Shown here piece after piece: positions 51,839 to 61,501 of a stretch of DNA of 64,000 nt. Origin of the DNA: an uncultured delta proteobacterium (GTDB lineage Bacteria > Myxococcota > Myxococcia > Myxococcales > Myxococcaceae); contig CAWCKH010000004.1 of assembly GCA_963796055.1 (NCBI GenBank), positions 2,624,001 through 2,688,000 of the forward strand. The letters run 5' to 3'. Under the pieces are notes generated by a model, which was not told the DNA's origin, did no database searches, and saw nothing but the letters and a program-made list of their open reading frames with translations. Position 1 is the first letter of the stretch, and the number at the start of each line of letters is the position of its first letter. The position numbers were made by a program, and so were the translations under genes.

Positions 51839-52581
51839 GGGGAGTCAGGGGGGAGCAGGTTCCCGAGGAGGTGGGCCACGCGGTCCAGCGCGTCCGGGTG
51901 CACGGTGTGGGGACCGTCGAAGGGGATGAACTCCACCGCCAGCCCCCCCTCGGTCAGCAGCTCCCGCAGCGCCTCGCCTTCGGAGTAGGGGAGGACCTGG
52001 TCCTGCCGCCCGTGCGAGAGGATGACCGGGAGGCCTGCGCGGCGGGGTGCCAGCTTCCGCCAGGTGTCGGCGGTGACCGGCACCGTGCTCAATCCGACCA
52101 GCGCCGCCGGCCGGTGCTCCCAGTGCAGCGCCAGGTCGGTGGCCAGCATCCCGCCCTGGCTGAAGCCCCCGAGCACCACCCGCTCTGGACCGAGCCCCGA
52201 GCCAGCGAGCAACGCCTCGATGCTCCCTTGAAGCTTCCTCCGCGCGGAGGCCAGTCCCTCGGGTGCCTCGTTCCGGAGGCGCGCGCGGCCGCCGGGGGTC
52301 GTGGACAGCGTCGACAGCTTCATCCAGTCGATCGGCCACCAGGCCCGCGAATCTCCCCACGAGGCCTGGCCCATGCTGATCGGCGCCGCGGGGAAGGCGA
52401 AGCGCACCGGGGCGAGCCGCGGCTCACGCTCCAGCAGCTCGGGGACGAAAGGCACCAGGTCCTCTCCCGAGGCCCCGTACCCGTGATTGAACACCACCAG
52501 CAGCGGTGGCCGGGCACCGGCCTCTGGCTGCACCACGTGCACCTCGAGCTCGCCGGAGGTGCTGGTGACCACGTCGCTCAT
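51793..52581 (-). CDS. Phospholipase/carboxylesterase
   Basis: HGYGA, GGFSQGG, HGRQD and GPH motifs; the 3' end overlaps moxR by 46 bp. Confidence 0.88.
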   Translation of the reverse strand: MSDVVTSTSGELEVHVVQPEAGARPPLLVVFNHGYGASGEDLVPFVPELLEREPRLAPVRFAFPAAPISMGQASWGDSRAWWPIDWMKLSTLSTTPGGRARLRNEAPEGLASARRKLQGSIEALLAGSGLGPERVVLGGFSQGGMLATDLALHWEHRPAALVGLSTVPVTADTWRKLAPRRAGLPVILSHGRQDQVLPYSEGEALRELLTEGGLAVEFIPFDGPHTVHPDALDRVAHLLGNLLPPDSPCPSPSSASPAPTAT

Positions 52582-52628
52582 CAAATCCTCTCCACGCTAG
52601 CAGAGCATGGTAATTCCCAGGCTCGCCC

Positions 52629-53822
52629 ATGGCTCGCTCGCACGTCCTGGTGACCGTCACCGGCCCGGACCAGCCGGGTATCACCGCCCGGCTCACCGGA
52701 ATCATCGCCACCAGCACCGCCTCGCTCCTGGACATCGAGCAGGTGGTGGTGCAGGGGCAGCTGACGCTCGCGCTCCTCCTCGCCCTCGACGACGACGACG
52801 GGCTGCTCAAGGACCTCCTCTTCGCCGCCAAGTCGCTGGGCGTCGAGCTGGACTTCGCGCCGGTCGACCCCGACGAGCCGGGTGCTGCCCGGGAGCCCCA
52901 GCGCTTCGTGGTGACCGCCATCGGGCGATCGCTCGGCGCACGCGAGCTGCACGCGGTCGCCAGCACCCTCGCCGACCACGAGGGGAACATCGAGCGCATC
53001 CATCAGCTCTCGAAGGGTGAGCTGGGTTCGGTGGAGATCCTCCTCGGCCTGCCCGCGGGAGCCGACCCCGAGCCCCTCAAGCGGGCGTTGCTCGAGCTGG
53101 GGATGCAGGAGAGCTTCGACGTCGCGCTGCAGCGTGAGGGCCTGTTCCGCAGGAGCAAGCGGCTGGTGGTGATGGACATGGACAGCACCCTCATCCGCAT
53201 CGAGGTCATCGACGAGCTGGCCCGGGCGCACGGCGTCGCGGAGCGGGTGGCGGCCATCACCGAGCGGGCGATGCAGGGGGAGATGGACTACGACGAGTCG
53301 CTCCGCCAGCGGCTGGGGCTGCTGGAGGGCCTCGATGTCTCGGTGCTCCGGCGGATCGCCGCCGAGCTGCCCCTCACCGAGGGCGCCGAGAAGCTGATCG
53401 AGGTGCTCAAGCGGCTCGGGTACCGCACCGCAGTCATCTCCGGCGGGTTCTCCATCGCCGCCGAGGCGCTCAAGGCGCGGCTGGGAATCGACTACGCATA
53501 CTCGAACACCCTGGAGGTCGCGGGCGGGAAGCTCACCGGCCGGGTCCTCGGCCCCATCGTCAACGGCAAGCGCAAGGCCGAGCTGCTGGAGGTCATCGCC
53601 CAGGCCGAGGGCGTGTTGCTCGACCAGACCATCGCCGTGGGAGACGGGGCCAACGACGTCCCGATGCTGGAGAAGGCCGGGCTGGGCATCGCCTTCCGGG
53701 CGAAGAAGACGCTCCGCGAGCGCGCCGACACCTCGCTCTCCGCCACCGGGCTGGACGCCATCCTGTACCTGCTGGGTATCAGCGCCGAGGAGCTGCAGGA
53801 CGCCACCGCGCGGTTCGGCTAG
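52629..53822 (+). CDS. serB: Phosphoserine phosphatase with ACT domains
   Basis: TGPDQPGI ACT motif; MDMDSTL, SGGF and GDGAND HAD motifs. Confidence 0.95.
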   Translation: MARSHVLVTVTGPDQPGITARLTGIIATSTASLLDIEQVVVQGQLTLALLLALDDDDGLLKDLLFAAKSLGVELDFAPVDPDEPGAAREPQRFVVTAIGRSLGARELHAVASTLADHEGNIERIHQLSKGELGSVEILLGLPAGADPEPLKRALLELGMQESFDVALQREGLFRRSKRLVVMDMDSTLIRIEVIDELARAHGVAERVAAITERAMQGEMDYDESLRQRLGLLEGLDVSVLRRIAAELPLTEGAEKLIEVLKRLGYRTAVISGGFSIAAEALKARLGIDYAYSNTLEVAGGKLTGRVLGPIVNGKRKAELLEVIAQAEGVLLDQTIAVGDGANDVPMLEKAGLGIAFRAKKTLRERADTSLSATGLDAILYLLGISAEELQDATARFG

Positions 53823-53834
53823 ATCGGACGCGTG

Positions 53835-55010
53835 ATGAGCTCCGACAGCTGGACCGGGTGGTGGCGTGGGCGGCAGGACGCCTTCGAGGAGGCGCTACGG
53901 GCCCTGGTGGAGGTCAACTCCTTCACCGCCAACCGCGAGGGAGGCCTCGAGGTGGGCCGGCGCCTGAGCGAGCAGCTCCGCCTCCCCGGCGTGGAGGCTC
54001 GCGCCGTCGCCAGCACGCAGTACGCCGACCACCGGGTGTTCCGCACCCGGGGGAATCCGCGGCTCCCGCCGATCGCGCTCATCGGCCACCTGGACACCGT
54101 CTTTCCCCCCGGCACCTTCGAGGGGTACCGGGTGGACGGTCCCCTCCGCCGCGGGCCGGGCGTGCTCGACATGAAGGGCGGCCTGGTGGTGGTGGCCTTC
54201 GCGCTGCGCGGGCTCGCCGAGAGCTATCCGGGCGGCCTGGAGGCCCTCCCCCCGCTGCGCATCGTGGTGGTCTCCGACGAGGAGGTGGGCTCCCCGGAGG
54301 GCGCGGGCGTCATCCGCGAGGCCATCGCCGGCAGCGACGCCGCGCTGGTGTTCGAGTCGGGCCGGGCGCAGGACGCGATCATCACCCGGCGCAAGGGCAC
54401 CGGGAACGTGAGCGCCATCGGCCACGGCAAGGCGGCCCATGCCGGCAACGCACACGCCGAGGGGAAGAACGCCATCTGGGCCATCGCCCGGTGGGTGGAC
54501 GCGGCCCAGCAGCTCACCGACTACCCGCGCGGCATCAGCGTCAACGTGGGGACGATCTCCGGCGGGATCGGCAAGAACACCGTGCCCGAGCACGCCGAGG
54601 CCCACGCCGACATCCGCTACCTCACCCGCGCCGACGGCGAGGCACTGGTGCAGCGCCTGCGGGAGGCGGCGGAGCGCGCGGCGGCCTCGGTCCCCGGAAC
54701 ACGCCTCGAGCTGTCGGGGGGCGTGAACCGCGACCCGCTCGAGCGCACCCCGGCCAACGTCGCGCTGATGGAGGAGTACGCCCGCGCGGCCCGCGCCGCG
54801 GGGCTGGGCGCGGTGGAGGCGCCGCTCATCGGCGGGGCCAGCGATGCCAGCACCTCGTCCTCGATGGGCATCGCTTCCATCGATGGGCTCGGCCCCCGCG
54901 GGAAGGGCTTCCACACCGTGGACGAGCAGATCGAGGTGGAGACCCTGGTGCCCAAGGCCGAGGCGCTGGCGCGCTTCCTGGCCGCCCGGGCCGGAGCCGG
55001 CGGTGGATGA
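53835..55010 (+). CDS. M20 family metallopeptidase (glutamate carboxypeptidase-like)
   Basis: GHLDTVF, DMKGG, DEEVGS, HAG and GGASD motifs. Confidence 0.92.
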   Translation: MSSDSWTGWWRGRQDAFEEALRALVEVNSFTANREGGLEVGRRLSEQLRLPGVEARAVASTQYADHRVFRTRGNPRLPPIALIGHLDTVFPPGTFEGYRVDGPLRRGPGVLDMKGGLVVVAFALRGLAESYPGGLEALPPLRIVVVSDEEVGSPEGAGVIREAIAGSDAALVFESGRAQDAIITRRKGTGNVSAIGHGKAAHAGNAHAEGKNAIWAIARWVDAAQQLTDYPRGISVNVGTISGGIGKNTVPEHAEAHADIRYLTRADGEALVQRLREAAERAAASVPGTRLELSGGVNRDPLERTPANVALMEEYARAARAAGLGAVEAPLIGGASDASTSSSMGIASIDGLGPRGKGFHTVDEQIEVETLVPKAEALARFLAARAGAGGG

Positions 55011-55329
55011 GGACGCACCGGTCCCGTTGCCCCTCGACGGCCGGCTGGACTTGCACCTCTTCCACCCCCGCGAGCTCCCCGCGCTGCTCGACGCCTACCT
55101 CGGCGAGTGCCGCGCCGCCGGGGTGCTCCAGCTGGAAATCGTCCACGGGAAGGGGACGGGTGCCCTGGGCCGGCGAGTCCGGGCCCTCCTCGACCGCCGC
55201 GGCGACGTGCTCCGCCACTCGGTGGCCGACGAGGGCCGGGGCGGGTGGGGGGTGACCCTGGTCACCTTGAAACCGCTGGCAGCGGAAGGTGCCGGGGGCC
55301 CCTCGCCAGCTCGCCCGCAGTCCGAGTAG
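55003..55329 (+). CDS. Smr domain protein
   Basis: LDLH, IVHGKGTG and GGWGVT motifs; GTG start at 55003. Confidence 0.88.
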   Translation: MDEDAPVPLPLDGRLDLHLFHPRELPALLDAYLGECRAAGVLQLEIVHGKGTGALGRRVRALLDRRGDVLRHSVADEGRGGWGVTLVTLKPLAAEGAGGPSPARPQSE

Positions 55330-55339
55330 GAATCCCCCC

Positions 55340-55756
55340 GTGGCCCGTGCTGCTCCCCTGACGGTGATGGTGGTCGACGACCAGGCGCTGTTCCGCCGGT
55401 CGATCCAGGACCGGCTCCGCTCGGAGGGGTACGATGTGGTGTCCGCGGAGAACGGTGCCGAGGCGCTGGAGCTGTTGCAGGCCGCGCCGAGTCCGTGCGT
55501 GGTGCTCCTGGATCTCATGATGCCGGTGATGAACGGCGTCGAGTTCCTGCACGCGCTCGACCGGCGTGCGGAGACCACCGATGTCCGGGTGATGCTCGTC
55601 TCCGGGCACGGCGTGCTGGAGCGCATCGCGCTGGACAGCAAGCGCATCGTCGCCCGGTTGCAGAAGCCGCTGGAGATGACCGAGCTCCGCAGCGCGCTCG
55701 AGGCGCAGCTCGGTTCCGCGGTGCCGCGGCACCCATCCCCGCGTACGGTGCACTGA
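55340..55756 (+). CDS. Single-domain response regulator
   Basis: VVDD, LLDLMMPVMNG and KP motifs. Confidence 0.9.
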   Translation: MARAAPLTVMVVDDQALFRRSIQDRLRSEGYDVVSAENGAEALELLQAAPSPCVVLLDLMMPVMNGVEFLHALDRRAETTDVRVMLVSGHGVLERIALDSKRIVARLQKPLEMTELRSALEAQLGSAVPRHPSPRTVH

Positions 55757-55767
55757 GCTCGCCGTGG

Positions 55768-56307
55768 CTAGAACGCCACGCCCACGCGCACCCCACCGCC
55801 CCGCCGCAGCCGGAAGGGCGACCAGCGCAGGACGGTGCGCCCCGGTCCGGGAGCGCCGAGCGGAACGTCGAGCCCGAGCCGCTCGCGCAGCTCTGTCCCG
55901 GTGAGCCCGGCCAGCCGCACACCTCCGGCCGGACCTGAGGCGGAGCCTCCCCCGGCCGCGGCCAGCCCTGCCCCGACGAGAAACAGTCCGCCCGCGACCA
56001 GCGCCTGGGTGCCGTCGGCGCACTGGCCGGACAGGGCGCAGCCCCGGTGGGTGACTGCCGGCAGAGTGAGCGCGAGCCCGGCCAGCGCCGCCGCCCCGCC
56101 CAGCAGGAGCAGTCCTGTTTGTGCTGGAGCAGGCGGAGCGATGGTGGTGTCCACCCCGACCAGCGGGAACGTCGCCGGGGCAGCCCCGGCCGGACGGACG
56201 CGGGCGAGGAGGTCCGGTGCCCGCTCGGACGCGGAAGGAGCCCCCAGCGCGGGTGCGTCGGGGACCGTGGCCAGGAGGGTCCCGGCGATGAGCGCGGCGT
56301 GCATCAT
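55768..56307 (-). CDS. Hypothetical exported/membrane protein
   Basis: ATGA overlap with the upstream phosphatase; signal peptide, two TM helices flanking a C-x5-C loop, ends GVRVGVAF. Confidence 0.6.
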   Translation of the reverse strand: MMHAALIAGTLLATVPDAPALGAPSASERAPDLLARVRPAGAAPATFPLVGVDTTIAPPAPAQTGLLLLGGAAALAGLALTLPAVTHRGCALSGQCADGTQALVAGGLFLVGAGLAAAGGGSASGPAGGVRLAGLTGTELRERLGLDVPLGAPGPGRTVLRWSPFRLRRGGGVRVGVAF

Positions 56308-56897
56308 GGTGGGGCGAGGTGGCTCAGGTCGTTCCAGAGCCAGATGACCTCGGAGGCGTGCTCGCGGCCGAGCACGCTGACCGACGCGGTGCTCAGCGCC
56401 AGCCGCTCTCCGAACGCGGCTGGCGCCTGGATCCACCGCACCGCCAGCACCCTCAACAGATGTCCATGGGCGAAGATCACCACGTCCCCCTCGACGCCGC
56501 GTACCTCCGAGATCACCCGATCCGCGCGGACGCCGACCTGCTCCGCAGTCTCCCCCTGCGGGCACCCGTCGCGCCAGAGGCTCCACTCGGATCGCTCGCG
56601 GAGGATGTCCGCCCGGGTCCGGCCCTCGTACGCGCCGTAGTCCCACTCCATCAGGTCGGGGCGAGCCTCGGCCCGGTCGCCCAGGCCGGCGAGGATGCAC
56701 GTGTCACGGGCCCGTGACAGCGGGCTGACGAACACCCGCGTGAAGGGCCAGGCAGCCAGCCGGTGGCGGAGGAGCTCGGCCTCCCGACGTCCCTCGGCGG
56801 TCAGCGGGATGTCCTGCCTCCCGGTGTGCTGCTTGGACCTCGTCCACTCGGTCTCCCCGTGGCGGACCAGCACCACCACCCGGCTCGTCTGGGCCAT
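56304..56897 (-). CDS. Histidine phosphatase (phosphoglycerate mutase family)
   Basis: VRHGETEW, SPLSRA, EWDYGAYEG and AHGH motifs. Confidence 0.93.
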   Translation of the reverse strand: MAQTSRVVVLVRHGETEWTRSKQHTGRQDIPLTAEGRREAELLRHRLAAWPFTRVFVSPLSRARDTCILAGLGDRAEARPDLMEWDYGAYEGRTRADILRERSEWSLWRDGCPQGETAEQVGVRADRVISEVRGVEGDVVIFAHGHLLRVLAVRWIQAPAAFGERLALSTASVSVLGREHASEVIWLWNDLSHLAPP

Positions 56898-56983
56898 GCG
56901 TTCTCCTCGGGCCTCCCGCCATGGAGGCGTCGAGGCCGCACCATAGAGCGGTCGTTCCGCCGAGCGGTTACAATGCCGCGCCC

Positions 56984-57526
56984 ATGGAGACCCTGGTTCT
57001 CAGCACGGGATACGAGCCCGTCGCCCGTGTCTCGTGGCAGCGGGCCATCAATCTCTTGTTCCTCGGCAAGGTGGAGGTGGTCGAGGAGTACGAGGACCGG
57101 CTGGTTCGCTCGGTGACGTTTGCGGTGAAGATGCCCTCGGTCATCCGCTTCCTGCGCGCAGTGCGCAACCGGAAGCGGGCCATCAAGTTCAGCCGCGAGA
57201 ACGTCTTTGCCCGCGACCACGGGAAGTGCCAGTACTGCGCCGAGCGGGTCAGCCGCCAGGACGCCACGTATGATCACGTGGTCCCGCGCGCTCAGGGCGG
57301 CCACACCACCTGGGAGAACGTGGTGATCTGCTGCTTCCGCTGCAACCAGCGGAAGGGAGGGCGCACGCCCCCGCAGGCCGGGATGGCGCTGCTCAGCACG
57401 CCGGTGAAGCCGAAGAAGCTCCCCGAGACGTTCCACCTGACCTTCACCTACGAGCCGGGGATGCCTCTGTCCTGGCGCAAGTTCCTCCGGGACGTGGCCT
57501 ACTGGCACGGCGAGCTCGAGGACTGA
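56984..57526 (+). CDS. HNH endonuclease
   Basis: FSRENVFARD..CQYC, DHVVPRAQGG..WENVV.CC..CN..KG motifs. Confidence 0.93.
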   Translation: METLVLSTGYEPVARVSWQRAINLLFLGKVEVVEEYEDRLVRSVTFAVKMPSVIRFLRAVRNRKRAIKFSRENVFARDHGKCQYCAERVSRQDATYDHVVPRAQGGHTTWENVVICCFRCNQRKGGRTPPQAGMALLSTPVKPKKLPETFHLTFTYEPGMPLSWRKFLRDVAYWHGELED

Positions 57527-57612
57527 CCGCCCGCGCCCCCGGAGCGCTGGCCCGCGCGTGGTCCGCCCTGCCGCCAGGCGCCCGCCGAGCCCTGGCCCGG
57601 GCGGCGCTGCTG

Positions 57613-58152
57613 GTGGGGGTGGTGGTGGCGCTGATCAACGGCGCGGTCAACGCCATCGGAGGGGCCGACGTGTTTCTCCTCTCGCCCTGGCACCTACGGG
57701 CGCGGGTCCGGGCGCTGGGGCTCTACGCGCTGCACCGTCCGCGGTGCGCGTTCCGGGCCCACCCGCCGCTGACCCCGGTGGTGTCCGCGGCCGAACGGCG
57801 CCATGGGCTCCCCCCCGGTCTGCTCGAGGCGCTGGTGGAGGTGGAGAGCGGCGGCCGCGTCCACAGCATCTCCGGGACGGGGGCGGTTGGCCCGGGCCAG
57901 CTGCTCCCCTCCACCGCACGGCTGCTCGGGGTGGGCGATCCCTTCGACTCGGAGGAGGGTGTGGACGGCAGCGCGCGGTACCTGGCCCAGCAGCTGCGGC
58001 GCTTCCGGTCGGTCCGGCTGGCCATCGCCGCGTACAACGCCGGGCCCGGCGCCGTGGGGGATGGGGCGGCGTGGCCCGAGGAGACCCGGGCCTACGTGGA
58101 CCAGGTCACCGAGCGCTACGCACGGCGTCGCCGGGCGCACGCACAGCGCTGA
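57613..58152 (+). CDS. Lytic transglycosylase (SLT domain); start uncertain
   Basis: VES catalytic Glu, GAVGPGQLLPSTA and AAYNAGPGAV motifs. Confidence 0.85.
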   Translation: MGVVVALINGAVNAIGGADVFLLSPWHLRARVRALGLYALHRPRCAFRAHPPLTPVVSAAERRHGLPPGLLEALVEVESGGRVHSISGTGAVGPGQLLPSTARLLGVGDPFDSEEGVDGSARYLAQQLRRFRSVRLAIAAYNAGPGAVGDGAAWPEETRAYVDQVTERYARRRRAHAQR

Positions 58153-58228
58153 GCGGGCGCGGGGGGCTGGATCGAATCGAGGTGGTGCGCGGGCCGCCCG
58201 GTGAGGCTAGGAAGGCGGACTCCCCCGC

Positions 58229-58984
58229 ATGGTGCTGACCCGCCAGCAGCAGCTCTACACCTACCTCAGCGGCATCTTCGTCGCCGCGCTGCTGCTGGGC
58301 GACCTCACCGGCGGCAAGGCGTTCGGCATCGACGTCCAGCTGTTCGGCGTGCACTACCGCCAGCCGGTCTCGGTGGGGCTCTTCGCCTTCCCGATCACCT
58401 TCCTCCTCACCGACATCGTCAACGAGTTCTACGGGACGAAGGGCGCGCGCTTCCTGACCTTGCTGGGGATGTGGATGGCGGTGTTCAGCTTCATCGTGCT
58501 GAACGTCTCGCAGCTGCCCGCCGCGGACCCGAACAGCTATTACACCGACGCCGAGTTCAACAAGGTCTTCGGGGTGGGCGGGAAGCTCTTCGTCGCCTCG
58601 ATCATCGCCTACCTCTGCGGGCAGTTCCTCGACATCCACGTCTTCGCCTTCTGGAAGGCGTTGACCCAGTCGAGGCACCTGTGGCTGCGGGCGACCGGGT
58701 CTACCATCGCCAGTCAGGTGGTGGACACCTTCGTCATCAACTTCCTCTTCTGGTACGTCTTCCCGTCGGTGGGGAACGCCCAGCCCCGGCCCCTGGGGTG
58801 GGTCACCAGCAAATCGGTCGGCGAGTACCTCATCAAGCTGGTCATCGCCGTGGGCCTGACCCCGGCCGTGTACGGCGTGCATGAGCTGGTGGTGCGGCGG
58901 CTCGGAATCCAGCCCCACCCCCACGGCCGGGTGGGGCCGTCCGAATCCGTGGCCTCGCACGCCCCGTCCGGTGGGACCGGGTAG
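58229..58984 (+). CDS. Queuosine precursor transporter (YhhQ/VUT family)
   Basis: FPITFLLTDIVNEFYG, ASIIAYLCGQFLD and WLRATGST..SQVVDT motifs. Confidence 0.92.
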   Translation: MVLTRQQQLYTYLSGIFVAALLLGDLTGGKAFGIDVQLFGVHYRQPVSVGLFAFPITFLLTDIVNEFYGTKGARFLTLLGMWMAVFSFIVLNVSQLPAADPNSYYTDAEFNKVFGVGGKLFVASIIAYLCGQFLDIHVFAFWKALTQSRHLWLRATGSTIASQVVDTFVINFLFWYVFPSVGNAQPRPLGWVTSKSVGEYLIKLVIAVGLTPAVYGVHELVVRRLGIQPHPHGRVGPSESVASHAPSGGTG

Positions 58985-59035
58985 GTGCACCGGGGGTTGA
59001 CGTCTCACGCGAGCGGCGGGCACGTTTCAAAGATC

Positions 59036-59398
59036 ATGTCCGAGGGCCCGATCCTGATCGTCGACGACGATGCGTTCGTGCGGACGTTGCTCCGCGAGAT
59101 GCTTGCCGACCAGGGTCACCCGCTCCGGGAGGCCGAGAACGGCCACGAGGCGCTGGGCCTCGAGGGTCCGCCCCCCCGGATCGTCCTGCTGGATCTCCTG
59201 ATGCCGGAGATGAGCGGGATGGAGGCCCTGGCGCTCATTCGCGATCGCTGGCCCGGGACGCCGGTGCTGGTCATCAGCTCGATGGACAGTGACCGCCTGG
59301 TGGACGAGGCTCTCGCCGCAGGGGCTTCCGGCTACATCACCAAGCCATTCCACCCGGTGGAGATCGCCTCTGCGGTGGAGCGTGCGCTGGCGGCCTGA
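59036..59398 (+). CDS. Single-domain response regulator
   Basis: IVDDD, LLDLLMPEMSG and YITKPF motifs. Confidence 0.92.
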   Translation: MSEGPILIVDDDAFVRTLLREMLADQGHPLREAENGHEALGLEGPPPRIVLLDLLMPEMSGMEALALIRDRWPGTPVLVISSMDSDRLVDEALAAGASGYITKPFHPVEIASAVERALAA

Positions 59399-59421
59399 GG
59401 AGACGCTCGGGGACCTTCCAG

Positions 59422-60420
59422 ATGTCCGAGTACTGGATCGGAGACGCGGAAGGACGGGTGCTCGGGCCGGTGAGCCTGGACGTGGTCCAGGACCTGGTGA
59501 ACACCGGGCGTCTGACCGAGATCACCCGGGTCTCCCGCGATGGCCGGAACTGGGGCACCCCGGCCGGCTTCCCCGAGGTGATGGCGCTGCTGCTCAACGC
59601 GCCGTCGCCCGACGCGCTGCTGCAGTCCGAGCGGCAGGAAGCGGCGCGGGTGCGCGAGCAGCTCCGGGCGATGCAGGGACGGCCGCCGCACGAGATCTTC
59701 CGGCTCGACCGCAACGCCTCGGTGGACGCGTACCGGAACGCCTTCTTCAAGCTGGTGAAGCGCTTCTATCCGGACCGGGTGCGGGCGCAGGCCCACCCGG
59801 ACCTGCGCAAGGCCTACGCCGACGCCTTCCAGTTCCTCAGCCGCCTGATGGTGCACATCGAGAAGGACCTCACGGCGGGCGTCCCGGTCTCCCCGCTGCC
59901 GGTTCTCGTCCGGGCAGCGCCTCCCCCGACACCGATGGATGACGAGCCGCTCACGCCCATCCCCGCCCCGCCGCCCCAGACCGCGCGCCCGCTCAGCGTG
60001 GTCCCCCGGAGCATGACCCCGCTGCCCCGTCCGGGACCGTTCTCCTCGCCCGCGCACGAGGGAGCGTTCAGCTACCAGCCGCATGAGTTCGTGGGCTTCG
60101 AGCGGCGCGACGACCGGGTCGAGGTCACCATCCGGGTCACCGCCCGGAACAGCCGGATGTTCACCGACCATCCACTGGCGAACCTCAAGACCGACGGCTT
60201 CTTCCTCGCCTGCGCCAAGTCACTCCCGCTGGGGACCCTGGTGGACGTCATCTTCCGCTTCGACGAGGAGCACCGGGAGGTGCGCTCGCGCGGCCGGGTG
60301 ATCCTGGAGAACAGCGGTGGGGACCCGTCCAAGCCCTCCGGCTTCGGCGTCCGGTTCATCACCCTGGTCGAGCAGGACCGCCGCTTCATGCTGCAGTTCG
60401 TGGAGCGGTCCGCGCACTGA
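59422..60420 (+). CDS. GYF_2-like / degenerate J-like / PilZ multidomain protein
   Basis: YWIGDAEGRVLGPVS..VSRDGRNW; AFFKLVKRFYPD; C-terminal ANLKTDGFFL..GRV..GFGVRF. Confidence 0.75.
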   Translation: MSEYWIGDAEGRVLGPVSLDVVQDLVNTGRLTEITRVSRDGRNWGTPAGFPEVMALLLNAPSPDALLQSERQEAARVREQLRAMQGRPPHEIFRLDRNASVDAYRNAFFKLVKRFYPDRVRAQAHPDLRKAYADAFQFLSRLMVHIEKDLTAGVPVSPLPVLVRAAPPPTPMDDEPLTPIPAPPPQTARPLSVVPRSMTPLPRPGPFSSPAHEGAFSYQPHEFVGFERRDDRVEVTIRVTARNSRMFTDHPLANLKTDGFFLACAKSLPLGTLVDVIFRFDEEHREVRSRGRVILENSGGDPSKPSGFGVRFITLVEQDRRFMLQFVERSAH

Positions 60421-60709
60421 CCCGGGCCCGTCGTGCGAGCGTCGCCGGCGCCTCCGTCGGCTACGGCAACCGGTCGCCCACGAAGCCGCGCTCGGCCTCG
60501 GCGATGGCGCTCTCCACCGTTCGCATCGGCTCACCCCACGCGCCCGCGAGCCGGAGCGCCCGCACCAGGCCTCCCCTCACCCGGGACGCGACCTCGACCA
60601 GGTGATGAGGCTGCTCGGTGCCCATGCGGTGACTAGGAACTAGCGCGCCGCAACAGGTTGCGCCATTCCGAGCGGCGCCGGGCCAGGCCGGCGCGTAGAG
60701 TCCTCGCCG

Positions 60710-61501
60710 GTGCGAGTCCCGAGCGCAGCACACGAAGGAGCACCACCCCGCCCGGACTCCACGCCGGTGCTGGTGCTGCGGGAGGTGACCCGGGGGTTCG
60801 GTGGGCGGCTGGCCGTCCGCGGAGTCTCGCTCGAGGTCCCGCGCGAGAGGACCACTGTCCTCCTGGGCGAGAGCGGCAGTGGCAAGAGCACCCTGCTCCG
60901 GCTGATGGCGGGGCTCCTGGCGCCGGACTCGGGGGAGATCCTCTTGGAGGGCGCCCCGGTGACGCCCCGGACCGGGCCGGAGCTCCGCCGCCGGATGGGA
61001 TTCGGGCTGCAATCCGGCGGGCTCTTTCCGCACCTGACCGCAGCGGACAACGTCACCCTCCTCGCCCGGGCGCTCCGCCGACCGGCCGAGTGGCGGGAGC
61101 GGCGGCTCGGCCAGCTCACCGGGCTGGTGCGGCTCGAACCCGACGTCCTCGCCCGCTGGCCGGTGCAGCTCTCCGGTGGACAGCGGCAGCGGGTCAGCCT
61201 GATGCGCGCGCTGATGCTCGTGCCGGCAGTGGTGCTGCTCGACGAGCCGCTCGGGGCGCTGGACCCGGTCACCCGCGCCGAGCTGCAGCAGGAGCTGCGA
61301 CAGGTGTTTCGCTCGCTGGGGACGACGGTGGTGCTGGTCACCCATGATCTCGACGAGGCCGCGTTGCTCGGAGATCGGGTGGCCTTGATGCACGAGGGGA
61401 GGCTGGTCCAGGTGGGCCCGGTGGAGGAGCTCGCTGCCCATCCGGCGGATCCCTGGGTGGCGCGCTTCCTCGCCGGATGGCACGGAAGGATGGAGCGGTG
61501 A
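60710..61501 (+). CDS. Osmoprotectant ABC transporter ATP-binding subunit
   Basis: GESGSGKS, LFPHLT, LSGGQRQRV, LLDEPLGALD and VTHD motifs. Confidence 0.9.
   Translation: MRVPSAAHEGAPPRPDSTPVLVLREVTRGFGGRLAVRGVSLEVPRERTTVLLGESGSGKSTLLRLMAGLLAPDSGEILLEGAPVTPRTGPELRRRMGFGLQSGGLFPHLTAADNVTLLARALRRPAEWRERRLGQLTGLVRLEPDVLARWPVQLSGGQRQRVSLMRALMLVPAVVLLDEPLGALDPVTRAELQQELRQVFRSLGTTVVLVTHDLDEAALLGDRVALMHEGRLVQVGPVEELAAHPADPWVARFLAGWHGRMER

Noticed and set aside
51793..51853. Possible sixth indel in the G6 run at 51848-51853 explaining the 46-bp esterase/moxR overlap
   Set aside because: One extra G would give an earlier stop, but a real overlap is also plausible and this would be a deletion, unlike the other five; undecidable without reads.
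46991..57526. Sirtuin, HNH, Smr and MoxR/VWA as a possible anti-phage island
   Set aside because: Each matches a widespread housekeeping subfamily; they are interspersed with metabolic genes and show no compositional shift or mobility genes.
60461..60625. 54-aa minus-strand ORF MGTEQPHH...
   Set aside because: Fits an intergenic gap but has no motif or clear RBS; cannot be supported from sequence alone.
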